A stretch of 64,000 nucleotides of DNA from Kiritimatiellia bacterium. GTDB lineage: Bacteria; Verrucomicrobiota; Kiritimatiellia; RFP12; UBA1067. Each line of letters begins with the position of its first letter. The stretch's first letter is position 1. Made by a program: the position numbers and the translations under genes. Positions 59,594 to 64,000 of the stretch are shown piece after piece. Location of the stretch: NCBI GenBank assembly GCA_050949565.1, contig JBMNFY010000007.1, positions 160,001 through 224,000 of the forward strand. The letters run 5' to 3'. The notes beneath the pieces were generated by a model. It was not told the DNA's origin, did not search any database, and saw only the letters and a list, made by a program, of their open reading frames with translations.

Positions 59594-60574
59594 CTACAGA
59601 CTAGCGGTCAGCGCGAAGATCACGTCTTCCTCGGTGATAATCCCTAACACTGCACCGCTATCGCGTTCGCTTACCAGTGCCAGCGGATGACGGTGTTTGC
59701 GCATCAACGGCAGCACGTCGTCGGCACGCTCATCGGCACTCACAAAGAAGGGCTTCTCCATGCTGTCTCTGGCCAGCAAGACGTCAGGATCGGGATTGGA
59801 TGCCAGTGCTTTCGCGACATTCAGCACGCCGACACACCGCGTTCCGTCTTCGTTAAAAACCGGCAACCGCACATGCCCGGAATCGCGGACAGTCTGGAAG
59901 CAATCGCGCAACGGTGCCGTCTCGCATGTCCTAACCACACGGCTCAGCGGCGTCATAATCTGCGCGGCCGTCTGGGTATGCAGAGTCAGCACACGATTGA
60001 TCATTAGCCGTTCAAAGGCAGAGATACGCGAACCGTGCTTGGCGTCGCTGACCACGTTCTGGATATATTCACGCGTCATCAGAAAACGTTGGCCGGTGCC
60101 GGAGTCCGATTGGGGCACCAGCCAGCGCGTCAGAAAGAGAATGGTGTTGGTCAGCGGCGTCAGCAGACGATCCATCACATAGAAGGGGCGCGCCACCAAC
60201 AGCGTCCGCCGCAACGGGCGGGTCGTGAAAAACAGCTTGGGCAGAAATTCGCAGAAGAACAGCACCAGAAACGCCATCACAACCGCCCACAACGTCTGAG
60301 CTCCGCTGTTGCTCGGGAAACAACTCTGCGCCAAGCTGGCCGACAGTGTAGACAGTATGACGTTCACCAAGTTATGCCCGACCAACAGCGAGGCCAGACA
60401 GCGTTGCAAATCTCCGAGGTGTCCGTGTAAAATCCGCGCCGACTTCACGCCCGCGCGAACTAGGTGCATGAGTCGCGCATGACTGAGCGACAACAGGCCC
60501 GTCTCGGTACCCGAAAGAAATGCGGCGACTAAAGCGCAGAGCAGAATGCCGACGATGTAGAGTCCTGCCTTCAC
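59594..60574 (-). CDS. CNNM (DUF21)-CBS domain membrane protein
   Basis: AFLSGTETGLLS, LLVGHNLVN, EFLPK, IMTP, RLPV, GIITEEDV. Confidence 0.9.
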   Translation of the reverse strand: MKAGLYIVGILLCALVAAFLSGTETGLLSLSHARLMHLVRAGVKSARILHGHLGDLQRCLASLLVGHNLVNVILSTLSASLAQSCFPSNSGAQTLWAVVMAFLVLFFCEFLPKLFFTTRPLRRTLLVARPFYVMDRLLTPLTNTILFLTRWLVPQSDSGTGQRFLMTREYIQNVVSDAKHGSRISAFERLMINRVLTLHTQTAAQIMTPLSRVVRTCETAPLRDCFQTVRDSGHVRLPVFNEDGTRCVGVLNVAKALASNPDPDVLLARDSMEKPFFVSADERADDVLPLMRKHRHPLALVSERDSGAVLGIITEEDVIFALTASL

Positions 60575-61881
60575 AGCACCTCCTCCTCGTCAAGGCTTTC
60601 AAGCAGGTCATCATGCACTGCGTTTTCAAGCGCCTCGTCATCCTCTTTCGGGCGTTCCAGCACTTCGAGCTGGACGGCATCAATGCGCCGCTTGCGCACG
60701 CGCCGGACCGTCACACGGCACCCCTGCGCGAGCACTGACTGTCCCGCCTGCAGCAGACGACCGGCGTGGAACGTCACCCAACCTGCGATCCGGTCCGCAT
60801 CATCGGCCTCGAGATCCAGATCCAGTTCGTGGTTCAGTTCCTCCAGACTCACGGTGCCGTCCACCAGCCACACATCCGGCGCGACCTGCCGAATCGACGC
60901 GTCCTCCTCCTCTGCGGTCGACGCCACAGGGTCTGCGATCAACTCCAGAATATCGCCGCGCGTGATCAGGCCCGCCGTACCGCCGTATTCATCCAGCACA
61001 CACGCAATATGCTCACCGCTCCGCTGGAAGGTCACGAGCAGATCATCGAGTGAAACATTCTCCGGCACGAACAGCGCTTTACGCGTGGCTTTCTTGGCGT
61101 CATGCGCGGGATCAAGCAAAAACCGAACTGTATCAAGAAATCCCTCAATCGCATCTGGGGTGCGCACATAAACCGGCAGGAAACGATGCCCCGCCTCGCG
61201 CGCGATTGCCACCTGCTTTTCAACCGGCGTGTCCAGATCAATGCCGACCATATCCACGCGCGGCGTCATTTCGTCGCTGGCCATGAGTTCCGACAGGCGG
61301 AGAATGCCATCAACCATCGACGCCTCCTCCTCGTCGAGCACGCCCTGCTCTTCTCCAACCTCGACGACCGTGAGCAACTCGTCATTGGAGAGCGCACGCC
61401 GTTCGCGCCGCAACGCTCTTTTGAAGATGCGGGAGCCGGCGGTCAGCGCGACATTGAAGGGACGCAACAACCAGAGCCAAAACAACAGCAGCTTACTGCA
61501 AATCGGTGCGAGTCGTTCCGCATGGATGACGGCAATGCGTTTCGGCGTCACTTCGCCAAACATAAGCAGGCTCACGGTCATGAGCGGGATAGCGATCACC
61601 TCACCCCAACGCGGAATCAGGCTTTCGATCAGCACGTAACCGACACTGGCAAAGGCAAAGTTCACCAAGGTATTGCCGACCAACAATGTAGAGAGAATCA
61701 GCGCCGGATCGGCCAGTAATTTTTCCAGCCGACGCCCCGCCGCAGAGTTACGGTTGCGGATGCGCTGAACCTGAATCGGCGACAAGGAGAAGAGCACGGT
61801 CTCACAGCCCGAAAAAAAGGACGAGAGACAGAGCAGCAACACAAGAATGGCACCGGCGCCCAACGTGAAAGTAGGATTCAT
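60571..61881 (-). CDS. Hemolysin-family CNNM-CBS-CorC/HlyC protein
   Basis: FFSGCETVLFSL, LLVGNTLVN, FGEVTPK, MTPRVD, LDEYGGTAGLIT. Confidence 0.92.
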   Translation of the reverse strand: MNPTFTLGAGAILVLLLCLSSFFSGCETVLFSLSPIQVQRIRNRNSAAGRRLEKLLADPALILSTLLVGNTLVNFAFASVGYVLIESLIPRWGEVIAIPLMTVSLLMFGEVTPKRIAVIHAERLAPICSKLLLFWLWLLRPFNVALTAGSRIFKRALRRERRALSNDELLTVVEVGEEQGVLDEEEASMVDGILRLSELMASDEMTPRVDMVGIDLDTPVEKQVAIAREAGHRFLPVYVRTPDAIEGFLDTVRFLLDPAHDAKKATRKALFVPENVSLDDLLVTFQRSGEHIACVLDEYGGTAGLITRGDILELIADPVASTAEEEDASIRQVAPDVWLVDGTVSLEELNHELDLDLEADDADRIAGWVTFHAGRLLQAGQSVLAQGCRVTVRRVRKRRIDAVQLEVLERPKEDDEALENAVHDDLLESLDEEEVL

Positions 61882-62696
61882 GGTGTAGAAACGTCATCCA
61901 CAAACAGTTTGGTGCGATGCCCGCTATTAAGGGTCTCAATCTCCATATCGCGAATCATCCAGCGGTCATCCATTTTTTTGACGCGCTGAACCCACATCCT
62001 CCGCACGGCATCGCCTTGCGGACCTAGCTGTTCCACCTGCATCAGACAGCGCAACTGGCGATCCACCCAGATACGCACGGCTGAACATCCCGGAATCGGG
62101 CTCGGCGGCACCGCAACCAAAATATCGCAGTCGCGTCCGTTATGGCTTTCGCCGCGCGGCTGATCATCAAAACGCACATCCTTCCACCAGAGAAAATCCA
62201 GCGTCAGGTCCATCCAGGTCATGTCGGTACCCCGGATACGCCCGGCATACGAAGGCTCGGGCACAGGCTTCTGCTCCGGGCCTTCGAACAGTTGGATCTG
62301 CGCCGGCTTCCCCTCTGGTCGCGTCAGCATAGCGCGCTCGACGAGCCCCGTGCCCTTCTGATCCAGCAACAACACCTCGGCTGACGGCGGTTGTGCCCCC
62401 CACGCCATCAGAAGCTTAAACGGCTGTTGCATCAGCACAATGCCGCGTAGTTTGCGAACGGTCATCGTCCCCTGCAGCAAAAGCGGCTCGGTCGGTATCA
62501 GCCGCGTACAGGCATTTAAAGTTTCTGCTGCCGTCAGGTTTTCCTCGACGACAGCCTCTTCAGAGCCAGGGCGATCACCGGTCGCCGAAAACGCGGCCAG
62601 CATGGGCAACATCGCACAGACCACAACGAGATTCAACGAAGTTTTCAAACTTACCTCAACGCGTCCACGTCCATCGTGTCGCTCTTTTGAACCCAT
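61878..62696 (-). CDS. Outer-membrane lipoprotein-sorting (LolA-like) protein; start uncertain
   Basis: GTDMTWMDL, RIWVD, RVKKMDDRWMIRDMEIETL..GHRT.L pattern. Confidence 0.7.
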   Translation of the reverse strand: MGSKERHDGRGRVEVSLKTSLNLVVVCAMLPMLAAFSATGDRPGSEEAVVEENLTAAETLNACTRLIPTEPLLLQGTMTVRKLRGIVLMQQPFKLLMAWGAQPPSAEVLLLDQKGTGLVERAMLTRPEGKPAQIQLFEGPEQKPVPEPSYAGRIRGTDMTWMDLTLDFLWWKDVRFDDQPRGESHNGRDCDILVAVPPSPIPGCSAVRIWVDRQLRCLMQVEQLGPQGDAVRRMWVQRVKKMDDRWMIRDMEIETLNSGHRTKLFVDDVSTP

Positions 62697-62756
62697 TTAT
62701 ACCACAAAGCACACAGGGTCGCAAGACGTACGACCGCGTAAACGCGGATCGTACAA

Positions 62757-62794
62757 ATTTAGGATTTAGGATTTAGGAGTTAGGAGTTCGAGTT
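62757..62794. repeat. Heptamer array TTAGGA(T/G)
   Basis: ATTTAGGATTTAGGATTTAGGAGTTAGGAGTTCGAGTT; reverse complement of the array type at 31304. Confidence 0.85.
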
Positions 62795-62829
62795 AAAAAA
62801 CTTTTAACGCTCAAGTTATAGGCAAGGAG

Positions 62830-64000
62830 TTAGGATTGCGGTTCAGGCTCGTGTGTGAACAGATCGAAGACCAGATCCTTCTGGCGCTGCCGTCGCCCCT
62901 GCTCGTAACCGCGCGTTCCGCCGTCGTCCGTGAAATCTTCGCCGACCGAATAGATGATACGCCGTTCGGTGGAGTAGCGAAAGGGCTGTCCGTCGAACGG
63001 ATCGCGCGGCACGGCGGGCAGGTAGTCCGGCACCAGCGCCTGCAACGTCTCGGGCAGATGCCCGGTCGCTTCCTCATACGCCCGGCACGCCAACAGCAGC
63101 TGTGTAGCAGAAAGCTTGCACGCATCCCCACACGCCCGCCGTACCTTGTCAGCCAGCATTTTTCTTTGATACCGCCAGATGCGCAGCCCCAAAACGTTGG
63201 CTGACGGCCATCGTAAGCGGTGCGTCTGACCGCGCTTGGCCGACGGGCCGTCGTTTTGGTTCGTATTGCCGGAAAGAACTCCGGTCGTATCGCTGCCTCC
63301 AAGAGGATGGTCAGCATAAGCCGTTCCTGCATGTGCCATCAACAATCGGTAGTCTCCGGCTATCAGATGCCGGGTGCGGTTGTACTGCATGAAATAGCTC
63401 GGTAAATAGACGAATTGAACCCTAAGTCTCACGACCGTGCGTTTAAATTTGCTTACGCCCAAACGGTCTGCGTAGATCTGATAGGCCCTGCCGCTCCGCG
63501 TTGGTTCCAGCAATTCCATTTGAACCGCATAATCACCCCGCGCTGATTTGGCCAGTTCTTGATTTGCGAAGCGCAGTTCTGCGAGTGCGGCGAGCAGGCG
63601 CGCTCTTTCCGTCAGGCCGCACCGCTTGTCGCGCGCCAGAGCCGTCGCTTGGGTCAACCCCATGTTGACGACACCATTGGCAAGCGGATAGTCGATCATG
63701 TTCTCCGAGGCCTGCTGAAGCCGACTCCCATACCGTATCAACAACAGTGTGGCGTCAGTCGCCTCGCTCATCCGCCCCTGTATTCGTTCGAAACGGGCCT
63801 GCGTCGCAAGCAGATGATACCCGATTTCAAAAAAACGACATGTCCACATCGGGTCAGGGTCACTTGCTATATCCGGCTTCTGGCAGAAGGGACGCTCAAC
63901 ACCAAGCTTGACCCAAGCGATGGCGGCTTGGTTGGTCGCAATGAAGGCGGACACCAGAGCATCATCGTTCGTTTGTCCACGAAGATATTTGGACGGGACG
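62830..64000 (-). CDS. Hypothetical protein with a pseudopilin/GspG-like C-terminus (5' end outside window)
   Basis: Frame is open to the window end; LLLACRAY...G.LPETLQALVPDYLPAVPRDPFDGQPFRY..IYSVGEDFTDDGG. Confidence 0.75.
   Translation of the reverse strand, partial: VPSKYLRGQTNDDALVSAFIATNQAAIAWVKLGVERPFCQKPDIASDPDPMWTCRFFEIGYHLLATQARFERIQGRMSEATDATLLLIRYGSRLQQASENMIDYPLANGVVNMGLTQATALARDKRCGLTERARLLAALAELRFANQELAKSARGDYAVQMELLEPTRSGRAYQIYADRLGVSKFKRTVVRLRVQFVYLPSYFMQYNRTRHLIAGDYRLLMAHAGTAYADHPLGGSDTTGVLSGNTNQNDGPSAKRGQTHRLRWPSANVLGLRIWRYQRKMLADKVRRACGDACKLSATQLLLACRAYEEATGHLPETLQALVPDYLPAVPRDPFDGQPFRYSTERRIIYSVGEDFTDDGGTRGYEQGRRQRQKDLVFDLFTHEPEPQS

Overview
GC-rich bacterial chromosomal window, most likely from a PVC-group organism such as Kiritimatiellae or Lentisphaerae (inference from gene content). 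It appears to span the replication terminus: a near-canonical 28-bp dif site lies at 8827-8854 and KOPS-like octamers switch strand around it. Housekeeping genes are cysS, tmk, holB, aroQ, thrC, lipB, rpsT, trxA, leuC/leuD, a ParA-family ATPase and an RpiB-GlyA fusion. Other coding content includes an orphan hydG, a duplicated Na+-pumping decarboxylase cluster (oadG-oadA-oadB, then an oadG-biotin-carrier fusion and a second oadB), and many Tat/Sec-exported oxidoreductases and hydrolases. The most distinctive content is a nested set of small mobile DNA. (1) An HUH REP-associated tyrosine transposase (RAYT) sits inside a ~158-bp direct repeat and has its own REP inserted in frame. (2) A 1663-bp IS has perfect 20-bp inverted repeats and an AACT duplication, carries a REP doublet in its end and sits in a heptamer array. 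(3) The same REP doublet is translated as the C-terminus of Tmk. (4) There is a solitary integron-like cassette with a clipped attC. (5) A frameshifted restriction-modification gene is coupled to parA. (6) Several 6-9-mer tandem arrays occupy gene junctions. No rRNA, tRNA or CRISPR array was seen. Several frameshifts may be assembly errors. All product calls come from motif recognition, not database searches.
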